Shown here one piece after another: positions 1-11,875 of a DNA stretch of 64,000 bases. Made by a program: the position numbers and the translations under genes. Below the pieces are notes generated by a model. That model was given only the letters and a program-made list of their open reading frames with translations. It searched no databases and was not told the DNA's origin. Position 1 is the first letter of the stretch. Each line of letters starts with the position of its first letter. The stretch is from Octopus vulgaris (Eukaryota): contig OX597814.1 of the NCBI GenBank assembly GCA_951406725.2, positions 23,374,001 through 23,438,000 of the forward strand. Reading direction: 5' to 3'.

Positions 1-351
1 AAAAGGAAAAAGACGAAAAACTACAAATAGAAGTTGCACGAATATATAAACAACTCACTGTAAATAAAACCAAGGATGCATTGCATTAATTAATGTAAAG
101 GATAAACAAACAAAATGTAATCTTAGGGCTAGAAGGTGAAGTACGGGTAATGCTAAGAGGGAAATCCTGTGTACTGTTTGTCGGTTCCATATTCCTGGCA
201 GCTCCAGCCAGAGCCACCAGATGAAAAACAATATTATCATAAAATATTATCGTAAATGATATTTGAATCACTAACTAATAACTGATGAAGAATTGGTGAC
301 CTACTGTGTCTGTTTTCTGTTCGTCCGTGTCTGCTTTTCATTTGTGCATAT

Positions 352-764
352 ACTCTTTTACTCTTTTACTTGTTTCAGTCATTCGACTGCGGCCATGCTG
401 GAGCACCACCTTTTTAGTCGAGCAAATCGACCCCAAGACTTATTCTTTGTAAGCTCAGTACTTATTCCATCGGCCTCTTTCGCTGAACCGCTAAGTTACT
501 GGGATGTAAGCACACCAGCATCGGTTGTCAAGCGATGCTGAGGGGACAAACACAGACACACAAACATAAACACACACATATATATATATATATATATACA
601 TATATACGACGGGCATCTTTCAGTTTCCGTCTACCAAATCCACTCACAAAGCTTTGGTCTTATAGTAGAAGCTATAGTAGAAGACACTTGCCCAAGGTGC
701 CACGCAGTGGAACTGAACCCAGAACCATGTGGTTGGTAAGCAAACTACTTACCACACAGCCACT
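352..764 (-). mobile_element. tRNA-derived CORE-type SINE (family A), full length
   Basis: Minus strand reads tggctgtgtggtaag (A box) ... ggttcagttcc (B box), then gtggcaccttgggcaagtgtcttc (CORE-like), internal (TA)/(TG) tract and (gtaaaaga)n tail; many further copies in window. Confidence 0.85.
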
Positions 765-1455
765 TCTATGCCACTTCTATTATATATATATATAATTCAA
801 TTACATTTAATTAGTCAAGGAACTAAAGTTGATGGTGTTACGCTAGTCAAGATATATCCATGTATTGCTTGCCTGTTCTCAGTCCAATATTCCCGGCAGC
901 TCCTATCAGTGCCACCAGATGGGAAGTGATATTATCGTTAAAGGCATGAAATTGCGTTTGATTCACTGACCGATAGCTGATTAGGAATATGTGTATATAG
1001 ATAGATTTTCTGTAGGTAAAATCTGGCAATATGTGGGTTCTGTTTGTGTTTACTTGATACATATAGACCGTGTATTTGAGTAAACATTGATTGATGTAGC
1101 ACTTTTGGGTGGAGTTGGGTGGAATTTGATATGATATATTTTGTTAATCTGTAGTATTATTGACAGGCATATGCTCGACAAATTGATGTGTCTAGCTGCT
1201 CTCTCTATTAATCTACAACATTCTCACCTATTCACTAGTTTTATCTACCATTTTTTTCTTTTGATAATGTCTATATCTTAACTATCATAACACCATCAAT
1301 GAACTGTTATGTATCATATTGGCAAGAGCAAGACTGTGTTGAATGTGTTCATTTTTGTATATACGTGACAATCACGGAATGCTTGTGCTAAGAAAAAACA
1401 AACACTTCTGAGTTTGTCGTAGGTTAGCCTACACGTTGTAAAATAACTTCCTTTT

Positions 1456-1556
1456 GAAATTCTCCCTGAGGATATATCCAATTCACTGGATTGAAAATGG
1501 AATTTTATTTCTGAAATTAAAGAATTGTGCATAGAAACAGCTGTAGGTAGGATTTC
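1456..1556 (+). ncRNA. Type I hammerhead ribozyme motif (Penelope-like terminal-repeat type)
   Basis: Stem I gaaattctcc/gg(t)aggatttc; CTGAGGA 1466-1472; stem II tat..caattc/gaattg..ata; GAAA 1534-1537; stem III c-agct-g (palindrome acagctgt); GTA cleavage triplet 1543-1545. Confidence 0.7.
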
Positions 1557-1637
1557 TATGTATGAATTTGAATGTCTTTAAAAAAAAAACATCTGTACGT
1601 GAATTTTTATCCATTTTCAGTTTCTTATGCAAAAAGG

Positions 1638-1746
1638 TATATATATATATATATACACATACACATGTGTGTATATATATATATATATGTATGTATGAGC
1701 ATATATATATAAATATGTATATATATATATATATAAATATGTATAT

Positions 1747-1789
<43 letters not shown>

Positions 1790-1871
1790 TGTATGTACTT
1801 ATATATATATCTATATCTATATATATATATAAGTATATGTATGTATATGCATACATATATATATATATATG
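1638..1871. repeat. (AT)n-rich compound microsatellite
   Basis: Seen directly. Confidence 0.95.
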
Positions 1872-2070
1872 TTTAAGTAGTTAAATGAATTATCCTAGTA
1901 TGGATAATTCGGTTAACCGATACCCAGGTAGCAAATTTACGTCAGAAAGCACGGTTGAAGCTACATGCCAAGGGCAGAAATCAAGTGCTTTCGTATGGAA
2001 ATTTGTGTGTTTTTTTACTATAGATAAATGAAAGAATGGAGTCGAACGACGATTTAACAAAATTCCTTTA

Positions 2071-2153
2071 TTCTCGACATATGTTTCAAAGACTGCATAT
2101 TCTTAATTCCGAAGGAATAAAGGGCGCATTATGCCGTCTTCTCATCAGGAAAG
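2071..2153 (-). ncRNA. Type I hammerhead ribozyme motif (left arm of inverted repeat)
   Basis: Minus strand: ctttc CTGATGA gaagacggcata...tatgcagtcttt GAAA c atat GTC gagaa. Confidence 0.75.
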
Positions 2154-2703
2154 ACATGGAACTTATGTCAGCATCATGACGAACAAAAACTTTTAGATGA
2201 CTGCTCACACGGAATCCATAGTGATAATGAGTGTTTCTTTAAAATATTCCGTTATAAGCAGTGACGTCAACATTGGTTGGATGGATAAGATTCTAAAAAG
2301 TTCAAGAGTTCAAAAATGGTTCGAAGGGGCAGGTTCTAAAAATAGGGGGTGACAGAGTGCAAGTCATATGTATGGTGATGCGTTGTTGTTTGCTTTTGCC
2401 AATGAGATTGAGTGCCTATGTGTGTGTATGTATATAACTGCATTCGTGTCTATGTGTGTGTATGTATATAACTGCATTCGTGTCTATGTGTGTGTATATC
2501 TGTCACCCCCCCTATTCTTAGAACCTGCCCCTTCCAACCATTTTTGAACTCTTGAACTTTTTAGAATCTTATCCATCCAACCAATGTTGACGTCACTGCT
2601 TATAACGGAATATTTTAAAGAAACACTCATTATCACTATGGATTCCGTGTGGGCAGTCATCTAAAAGTTTTTGTTCTTCATGATGCTGACATAAGTTCCT
2701 TGT

Positions 2704-2786
2704 CTTTCCTGATGAGAAGACGGCATAATGCACCCTTTATTCCTTCGGAATTAAGAATATGCAGTCTTTGAAACATATGTCGAGAA
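2704..2786 (+). ncRNA. Type I hammerhead ribozyme motif (right arm of inverted repeat)
   Basis: CTGATGA 2709-2715; long stem II gaagacggcata/tatgcagtcttt; GAAA 2770-2773; palindromic stem III acatatgt; GTC 2779-2781; stem I tttc/gaga. Confidence 0.75.
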
Positions 2787-2832
2787 TAAAGGAATTTTGT
2801 TAAATCGTCATTCGACTCCGTTCTTGCATTTA

Positions 2833-2942
2833 TCTATATATATATATGTGTATATATGTATGTGTATATATATATATGTATATATATATATGTATGTATG
2901 CATACATACATGCATTCATGCATGCATACATACGTACATACG

Positions 2943-2976
<34 letters not shown>

Positions 2977-3035
2977 CATACATACATACATACATACATA
3001 CATACATACCTACGTACTTACGTACATATATGTAT
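2833..3035. repeat. (TA)n/(TACA)n microsatellite
   Basis: Seen directly. Confidence 0.95.
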
Positions 3036-3329
3036 GATGGATGAACAGAAGATTTTTGAGTTCAAGCTAAATCTCAACGTAAAACTGAATGAATTTGTAT
3101 TTTGAGCTTGTCTTTAATTTTCTTAAACTATTCAATTATCATACTTCTGCATATCTATTGGTTTAGGTTTGAGGTCGCTTTGATATGTCATATGATATTA
3201 TCTACTCCAAGAAATCTCTTCCTACAAGCACTTGAGTTCAGTTAAGCATTACCAAGGACAGAATTGCCATCATAATGAATTCAAACATAATACTTTCCGT
3301 GTTAATACATACTGGGGGAAAACGAATGG

Positions 3330-3786
3330 CAATTAACTATTTATGTTGCTATGGGGAGCAAGGTTGACCTTTGCATTCTACATATACTTAGCAATGAAAT
3401 AAAGAACATTAGCATAGGATTGTGTAGGCAACCCAACATGTTGTGTATGTCAATAACAAAATGAAACCATTGATCATGTTGCCTCCATGTGCAGTCTCCT
3501 TGTGCCTACAGAGTATCTCGACAGGCATGATAGTGCAGCACAATATATTCACTAGGTAATTTGCAAAAATCTGGACCTGTCACATGATAAAAACTGGTGG
3601 GAACACAAACTTCCTCCAGTGCTTGAAAATGATCACATCTCACTCCTCTGGAACTTCATCATTCAAACTGATAGAAAGATAGATGCAAATAGACCAGACA
3701 TTATGTTAAAAGACTTCAGACAAAAATCATGCCTCCTCATTGATATGACTGTCCCAATCGATATAAACGTATCTGTCAAGACCTGC
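3330..3786 (+). mobile_element. R4/Dong-clade non-LTR retrotransposon fragment (zinc knuckle + restriction-like endonuclease)
   Basis: Translates as C..C...ETIDHV..MC...EYLDRHD...LLWNFIIQTDRKIDANRPDIMLKD..SCLLIDMTVP, with an internal stop. Confidence 0.85.
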
Positions 3787-3789
3787 CAG

Positions 3790-5850
3790 GTTCTAGTTTG
3801 ATTTGGTTTGATTTCTACAGCTGGGTGCCCTTCCTAACACCAACCACTTTACAGTGTGCGCTAGGTGCTTTTAACATTGCACTGGCATGAGTGCTTTTAT
3901 ATGACACTGGAAAAGAGCTTTTTACGTGGCACCAGAGCATGGCTCTTGCAAAGCGAATCCACTTCATCAGGGGATGTGTCCTTAACATTTCTGCTGTGGT
4001 GGAAGGGTGCAAGACAGCAGGTATCTCAGTGCTTTGTCATCTCATCTGAAATGCTCAGTGTCCTGAGGGTGTCCTTCAGTACTTCATTCCATGTCTTCCT
4101 GGGACTCCCTCTTTTGTGTGTTCCATCCACTTTGAGAGATCAGCACATTTCTGTGGAGCTGTCAGTTTCCATCAACATCAGATGACCAAACCGACACAGT
4201 CTTCTCTCTTAGACATTTCATCTAATTCCTCTTATGCCTAACTTCTCTCTCAATATATCAGCACTGTCGAACTTGTACGCCTACATTCTACATCCAGAAG
4301 AGCAAACTAGTCTCATTCCTCTCTAGCCTTTACATGTCCTCTGCATTCGAGGTCCATATCTCACTACCATGTAGAATTGTAGTCCATATACATGCATCAT
4401 ACAATCTTCCTTTCACTTGGAGAGAGAAACATTTGGCTGCCAACAGAGAAAGAAGCTCTCTGAATTTTCTCCATCCTATTCTTCTACTCGCTAACACACT
4501 TTCTGTACATCCTCCCCCACTACTAATTTGATCCTCTATGTAGCAGAAATTATCTGCTACCTCTATGAGTCTCTGAATTGAGAAAATCAAATTCCTGAGT
4601 GTTTGTAGTTTTTATGGCTCAAATGCTCATTTTCCACATATGAACACTACCTTTTCTGGTGACCTTCCTATTATTCCACTGCACCTTTTGTATGTCGGTA
4701 GCTTACACTTAGTTCACCATATAGAATTCCTGCCAGGTTTTGCTTCCACACCTGGAATTTCTTTTCTAGTTTTGATATAGAATCTGCTATGAGGGAAAGA
4801 TCATGAGCATATAGCTGTTTTCAGGGGCTGCTGGTTTTTAATTTCTTCGTTATGACCTAGAGGACAATGATGAACAGGAAGGTACAAAGACTGAGCCTTG
4901 AATGCTTGTGGTTAAGACTGAGCTGTACTCGTGGTTAACTCTCACCTTACTAACAGTATCTCTGTACATTGCCTGTACAGCTTTCACCAGCCTCTCATCA
5001 ACCCTGATCTCCTACAGAGAACACTATATCACACAGCAGGGTACTCTGTTGAAGTCTTTCGCAAGATCAATGAGTGTCAAGTATAATGGTTTATTCTTAG
5101 CTAAGTACTTCTCTTGCAGCTGCCTGACAATGAAACTAGCCTTAATATTGCTTCTCCCAGGGGTTAAGCCGAATTGCATTTTAACTAGCCTAATTCTGCT
5201 CCTAATTAATTAGGCTGTAACTCTCTCCATAATTTTCATCACCTGGTTCAGGAGTTTGATGCCTCTATAATTGCTTCTATCTGAGGCATCTCCCTTACCC
5301 TTGTAGCAGCTAACAATAATGCTACCACACCAGTGTTATGCCTTCCTAAATAACCTGATTAAGTATATGGCTGACTATCTTGTATCCTACTTTACCAGAT
5401 ATTTTGAGGATCTCAGCAGTGATTCCAGATAGACCAAGGACTTTCCCTGTTCTTATATCTTTAATTGCCTTATCTACCATACTGCTAGCTACTAGGATAG
5501 CTGGTCCCTCTGTGGGTTCATATGAGGGAGATTCCCTTTACCCCATTCATTCTTCACATTCAATAGTTTTGCATAGTAATTCTTCCACACCTTTTTCTTG
5601 TCTGGGTCACTAAGTGCAAGCATACCATTATCCATCTGCACATACTTCTCTCCCACAATATCACAATATCTTGATTCTCTTTGACACAATCTGGAACACC
5701 TCAAGTCTCCGATCTTCACACTGTAGGCCATTAGCAAACCTCTTCCTTTTTGCTTCTGTCATAGCTAGGTAAACCTGGTGTCATGCTTCCTTTTTATCTT
5801 TCTAGCATGATTCTTTGCTTCCCATTCTTTTCCATAACCTTTAGCTACTA
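3790..5850 (-). mobile_element. Degenerate RTE-clade LINE (RT domain and 3' tail)
   Basis: Minus strand NYRGIKLLNQVMKIMERV..MQFGLTPGRS..FIVRQLQEKYLAKNKPLYLTLIDLAKDFNRVP, LYAHDL (YADD-like), GWRKFREL; stops and frameshifts. Confidence 0.9.
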
Positions 5851-6839
5851 CTGATTATCCAAATTCCACTAAAGAGCTGAATTGACTAACTACTTTCTGG
5901 AATCTTTGGTCCTTTATGAAATCCTAGAATCAAAGATTTATTACAGATTAATTGAACAACGTACTTAATAGATTGCCAGCTTCAATCTCACACAAATCAC
6001 AAACAAATGCTACTAATTATGGTATTCCATTTCATGCATCATATTTTTGCTAATATGATCAACAGAGGCATGTTTTGTCAACAGAATTTAATCTTATATC
6101 ATAAATTATGTCTTTTGTCCTATCAAAATACATGCACTTTCACAAATAACAAATACATGATACTTTGAACTTACAAACCTCACTTAAAGACCGGATGATG
6201 AGCGATTTTTTTCATGCTTTTGCTGATTATTAACATTAGACAAATATCTCTCACATATAAAAATGTGTATTAACACACAATACACATTAAAAATATGCCA
6301 CCTTTCATACCAGCACGTTTATTGACACATTTAAATTCTATTTTAAATGCCCTGATTTTTATGGTGTATTTTCATGAAAATATTTTGTTTGTCTTTTATA
6401 AATCCAGCAGGGTCTGCTTTCTGTAGTGAGCATCATTAAACCTCATGAACTTTGGAAAAAAAAAATTGTCATAGTTTTTGTTGTTGTACATGAATACACA
6501 CAGTTAACCATATAATGTGTCCACAATCAAATTGTTGTGATGTTGGATGTATTTTGTTGTTTCTCGTGCTTATTTAGTGTCTTGTTTGTTTTGTGTATGT
6601 AATATATGTTGTGCAAGCTAAGCTTTTTTATTTGGCAGTGATCACATTGCATATATTTTGTGTGGATTGTGTTATAGTTGTAGGAGATAATTGTGTAGAA
6701 AGTATATTGTGTGAGTTGTACTATTAAATTCAAAAAGACTTGCATAAAATGTATGGGTTGTAAAATTCAAAGCCTTGGTGTGTATATATATTTGTGTTTG
6801 TATTTGTTTTCATGTTTTTCTTTTCCATACCCTGTGCAT

Positions 6840-6992
<153 letters not shown>

Positions 6993-6994
6993 AC

Positions 6995-7905
6995 TTATTA
7001 CAGTCCTCTGCTCTACCAAATTAGCTACAGGCAGAGAGTGAAGGCCTTATCTTGGCTGCCCAAGATCAGAGCTTATTGACCCAGAACTATCAAGCCAATG
7101 TGAATGAAAATGGTGTAGATCCAAAGTGCCATGATGGGGTAGAAACAGTGGACCACCTAATCTCTGGATGTAAGGTTTTAGCACCTGTAGCGTACAAAGC
7201 AAGATATGACAGTGTTGGCCAATATCTACACTGGATAATGTGTTGGCATTATAAAATCAAAACTGCTGACAAACGGTAGAAGCATGATCCTGAGGCTGTA
7301 ATTGAGGGAGAAAATGTAACTATTCTTTGGGACTTCGCAGTATGTACAGACCGGACCATCAAGGCAAATAAACCAGATATTGTTGTGAAAGACCAAAAAA
7401 ATAAAGTCTGTTTATTGAGTGACATGAGCATACCCTGTGACCACAATATCTAGGTAAAATAATTTGATAAGCTCAAAAAATATAAAGATTTGCTAATCGA
7501 AATCAAAAAGATGTGGCATCTCAAGATGGTTACAATACCAATGATTGTAGGAGCACTTGGAAGGATCAAAACAGGAAGTGAAAATTATTTAAGAATGATC
7601 CCTGGCTTACCATCCATACAGGAAATACAAAAGATTGCTTTAACTGGTACATCACATGTATTAAGAAGAACATTGTGTCACTCTTACCCTTTTCCTCTTT
7701 ATTTTCTTTGTTGCTTTTTTTTTAAATTTTTATTTCTTTTCTTTCTGTCTTTCTCCCCTTTTTTCTCTATCACATGACGTTGTAAATGAACAATTTGGTG
7801 TGTTTATTTTAATGCCTTACCAATGTACACAGTGCGTTTCTCTGCTCTAGGTGTCAGGAAGACCCTCGACAAGAAATGGAAACAGAATTGAAAGATGATA
7901 ATTAA
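6995..7905 (+). mobile_element. 5'-truncated R4/Dong-clade element inserted in (TAA)n
   Basis: ETVDHLISGCKVLAPVAYKARYD..YLHW..ILWDF..TDRTIKANKPDIVVKD..KYKDLLIEIKKMWHLK..IPMIVGALG; (TAA)n on both sides, consistent with known Dong TAA targeting. Confidence 0.88.
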
Positions 7906-7939
<34 letters not shown>

Positions 7940-8490
7940 TCCCTGATACAGTACCAGGCAGTGACTCTCATGGCTGCTGATCTTAACTGATTGGAAGTTT
8001 TATCATGTACATTGTTTTGTCTTGGTATAAAAGATGGGCTACAGTAAATATTCTGCTCAATACCACAGATTTGCTCGTCAGTTGCTTGACCATAACCAGT
8101 TGAGTATGTCCCTTAGTGGCTGACGATATGTGCATCTCTGATTACAAGCAGAAGTAGTGGAGGAGCATCATAGCCATGTGTTGAAAGAATTCTTGGGGTT
8201 TGGATAATTCACCTTTGGAAACATGGGTGGTTTGTTCAACATCCTTAAACAATCCTTATTCAGGGACCTTTAGAACAGGATGGGTTACTTGACCAGAAGA
8301 AAATTCTAACTGGGTCCACCTGCAAGTTCATGTGCTGTTTATCTTGATATGAGATCACCATGTCGCGCACATATGGTTGTGATGCATGTGCCTGGTGTAC
8401 CCTTATCAGACAAGTAGTCATGATGGGTATACTGGGCTTCGTATATTTTACCCCAGTGTCACTTTGATGGCATGCATTGCTCTCTCACTC
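7940..8490 (+). mobile_element. Non-coding (TAA)n-flanked repeat element (orientation arbitrary)
   Basis: Second, inverted copy at 15007-15417 with the same ends; both flanked by TAA/TTA repeats. Confidence 0.75.
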
Positions 8491-8543
<53 letters not shown>

Positions 8544-8689
8544 TGAGGAGGATAAAAGAAAAACTACAATTCATTGCCCTTCAAAATTAGAAAAAAGCAA
8601 TTAATAGTTAAAAATTATTCCTTGTGGAGCCAAAGAATTTCTAAAGAAGTTAGAATAGCAAAAAAACAATTAGATTCAGAATATAATCA

Positions 8690-9103
8690 GTAGGAGTGGC
8701 TATGTGGTAAGTAGATTGCTTATGAACCACATGGCTCCGGGTTCAGTCCCATTGTGTGGCACCTTGGGCAAGTGTCTTCTACTATAGCTTTGGGTCGACC
8801 AAAGCCTTGTGAGTGGATTTGGTAGACCGAAACTGAAAGAAGCCCATCGTATATATGTGTATATATATATATATGTATGTGTGTGTATATGTTTGTGTGT
8901 CTGTGTTTGTACCCCCAACATTGCTTGACAACCGATGGTGGTGTGTTTATGTCTCTGTAACTTAGCAGTTTGGCAAAAGAGACCGATAGAATAAGGTACT
9001 AGGCTTACAAAGAATAAGTCCTGAGGTCGATTTGTTCGACTAAAGGTGGTGCTCCAGCATGGCCACAGTCAAATAATTGAAACAAGTAAAAGAGTAAAAG
9101 AGT
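8690..9103 (+). mobile_element. SINE family A, full length
   Basis: ggagtggctatgtggtaag..gggttcagtccc..ggcaccttgggcaagtgtc..gtaaaagagtaaaagagta tail. Confidence 0.85.
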
Positions 9104-9619
9104 ATGCAAAAGAAGTTTATGAGTAAAAATAAAATCAAGACATTACAACAATTTTTAGAAAGCATTTGACTGAAGATGGAGTTTTACAACATCCAATGGC
9201 CCCCAGATAATCTTATGTCACCCCCTCCTTCAAAGTGCACATTGTATTGCATTCCTACACAATTCAAGAATTTGTTATTGGAAGGGTTGTGGAGAGCCAA
9301 AGTCCATTCTAGACAATCATCTTTGTGTGTTTTATTTTACTTTTTATATTTACTTCAATACTTTTAAAATCTTAATATTTCCTTTCATATATAATGTTTC
9401 GCACACCGCTTTTTATATTTGTATCTTGTCTTTCATGCTGCACTGTTCCCTGTTTCCCCAAGTGAAAGATATGTATTTTTTACTCTATACATGCCCTTGC
9501 AGCTAAAACAAAAGATTATTATCATCGTCGTCATCGTCGTCGTCGTCGTCGTCATCATCATCATCATCAATATCTTAACTCTCATATCTACACTTTGCTT
9601 ATTTTCATTCCTTAAACCA

Positions 9620-10250
9620 TGATATTTCCTAAAACTATGATAGATTTTCAACTTCTTCCCAAGCAATGTTGGTGGAGATCAAAATGTCTTTCATACTGTA
9701 TAGGTTTTCCTTTCTTTCGTAATTATATCTGTGTAGTTCACTTTGATCTCTTTCTCAGTATGTGAAGACATGTCTGAGGGCATTGTAGCCATATCTTTGT
9801 TACATATCGATATTGGATTTAGTGAATGCTTATACCACCGATTCTCTGATTTCATATAGAGTTGTCAGCATATTGTTCAAAAGATATAGTTATCTCCCCA
9901 GTTATGGCTCTGGATATATTCTTTCCTTGTCAGAAATTGGCAGCCATAAAGGATGTGATCAATTGTTTTTTCATGCGATCATGCAAAGGTTTTTTCCATT
10001 TGTCTTTGTTGATAAATGCTTTCAGTTGTTTCATGAATATGTTTCACAGCATCACAGTTTTCCTCAAGTGTGCACAGTATAATAATTTGGTGTACTTTGC
10101 ATTTGGTTTGGTTTGTGTTCCTTCTTGTTTGGTTATAAATTTAAGAGGTCACTGCATGAAACATATGCTATGTGAGTTGTGTTACTTATTTGAAAGAGTT
10201 TTCGGCAGAATGCAGGATGTATCTTGTAGGGCTATTTTTAGATTGTAAGC
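9620..10250 (-). mobile_element. Highly decayed R4/Dong-type endonuclease region
   Basis: Minus strand KTIDHILYGCQFLTRKEYIQSHN...HTEKEIKVNYTDII resembles 3330-3786 and 6995-7905. Confidence 0.6.
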
Positions 10251-10654
10251 AAAGTTCTGAGCCTTTGTATAGTTTTCTCTTATGTGATATTTAGTGCACC
10301 AATAATTATTGATTCTGTTTTTAATAGATATAAGTACCTTCTTTATCATATCTGTTGATATAGCCTATCTTTACAATGATGTGGTTTGTGGTTTCTTAAA
10401 TTTGATTCTTTATTTTATATTAAAACAAATTTTGTCGTCATTAGTATCATTGCTTATTTCCAATATCTCACTGATTTTTAAGAGAGAAAATGAAAATGAA
10501 GTAACTAACTTAATGAAAAATAAATATCATAGGGGATTTCATTCGTAAAGCACAAGTACTTCAATTTTGTTGCTAATATTGGTATTTTTTCAAAGATATT
10601 TTTTCAAAGATAATAAGCACAGAGTACAGACAAATTCACATCCACATGAAACAA

Positions 10655-10837
10655 GCATATATATTGGTATTCATATATGTATTTATATATGTGTGTGTGT
10701 GTGTATACATACATTTATACATACATTCATGCATACATATATACCTATATATATATATGTATACATACATATATATGTATGTATATATATCTCTCTCTCT
10801 CTCTATATATATATATATACATACAAACATGCATGCA

Positions 10838-10875
<38 letters not shown>
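10655..10875. repeat. Compound (TA)/(TG)/(TC) microsatellite
   Basis: Seen directly. Confidence 0.9.
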
Positions 10876-10877
<2 letters not shown>

Positions 10878-11321
10878 TAAAAACCATTTGTAACTGCTTA
10901 GTAGTCAGTCAGTGAATGTTAGCCTCTTATTTGATATTATTCATAGTTACACATTGATTTTGTGGAGCTTAAATCAAGCTTCCAGTTTCTACCTTTAGTG
11001 TGGGGATTTTCACCATTTTGGTTTTGTACTCTCTCACTTCTCTATTATTCAATTCTACAGATGTTGATCATAAAGAAATATTTCTTTATATTTTACCCTA
11101 ATTAATTTTCAGAGTTCTTTGATTATATTTTTCGTTTGCTTTTTAACTTTTCGTTGCTTAGTCCTTTTATAAATCACTTTTCTTTGTGTAATTAGGTTTT
11201 TCGTTTGCACTTTATTGTTTTTCATATACGCATAAATAAGTCTTCTTCTTTTTTGTTGCCAATCGGTCTACCTTCGCTTGCTTCTAAATATTTTTCAAGA
11301 ACTGACGTGGTTATATTGATT

Positions 11322-11462
11322 TCACATTTTTGGCACAAGGCTAGCAATTTTGAAGGAGTGGGCAAGTTGATTACAATGGTCTCAGTGTTCAACTGGTACT
11401 TATTTTATCGACCCTGAAAGGATGAAAGGCAAAGTCAACCTCAGCAGTATTTGAACTCAGAA
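11322..11462 (-). mobile_element. SINE family B (Nin/Deu-domain-like), partial
   Basis: Reverse complement of gactttgcctttcatcctttcagggtcgataaaataagtaccag. Confidence 0.75.
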
Positions 11463-11654
11463 TGTATACAGATATGATTATATTGCAACAGTTTTCCATT
11501 TGAATGATTCTATGATTCTCTAGGCATCTCATTGTTATATCCAAGCTTTAGGGTGGTGATTTTTAAATACAATGTCTAGTTTTTTGTTGATCTGTTCACT
11601 AAGCATCAGTTATCTCACATGAGTATGTATTGTTTGGTAATATGTACTATATTA

Positions 11655-11875
11655 AAAGGTGGCGAGCTGGCAGAATCTTTAGCATGCTGGGCAAAATGTT
11701 TAGCGGTATTTCGTTCGCCACTGTGTTCTGAGGTAAAATTCTGCCGAGGTCAACTTTTCCTTTCATCCTTTCAGGGTTGATAAATTAAGTACCGGTGACG
11801 CACTGGGGTCGATGTAATCAACTTAATCCGTTTGTCCCCTCTATGTTTAGCTCCTTTGTGGGTAGTAAAGAAATA
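11655..11875 (+). mobile_element. SINE family B (tRNA head + Nin/Deu-like domain) with 17-bp TSD
   Basis: TSD ggtaatatgtactatat at 11636-11652 and 11876-11892; core cctttcatcctttcagggttgataaattaagtacc. Confidence 0.85.

Larger units (their letters stand above)
2019..2838. repeat. ~340 bp inverted repeat (arms 2019-2356 / 2499-2838), fold-back element
   Basis: Arms are near-perfect reverse complements; ~140 bp spacer contains a tandemly repeated ctatgtgtgtgtatgtatataactgcattcgtgt unit. Confidence 0.95.

Noticed and set aside
1931-2007. Minus-strand gaaagcac..gtgctt ctgacg arrangement
   Set aside because: No stem I between cleavage site and CTGA; explained as a simple hairpin
6194-6226. ATGATGA...CTGA C/D-box-like pair (also ~42562-42625)
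   Set aside because: Too short or lacking terminal stem and recognisable guide
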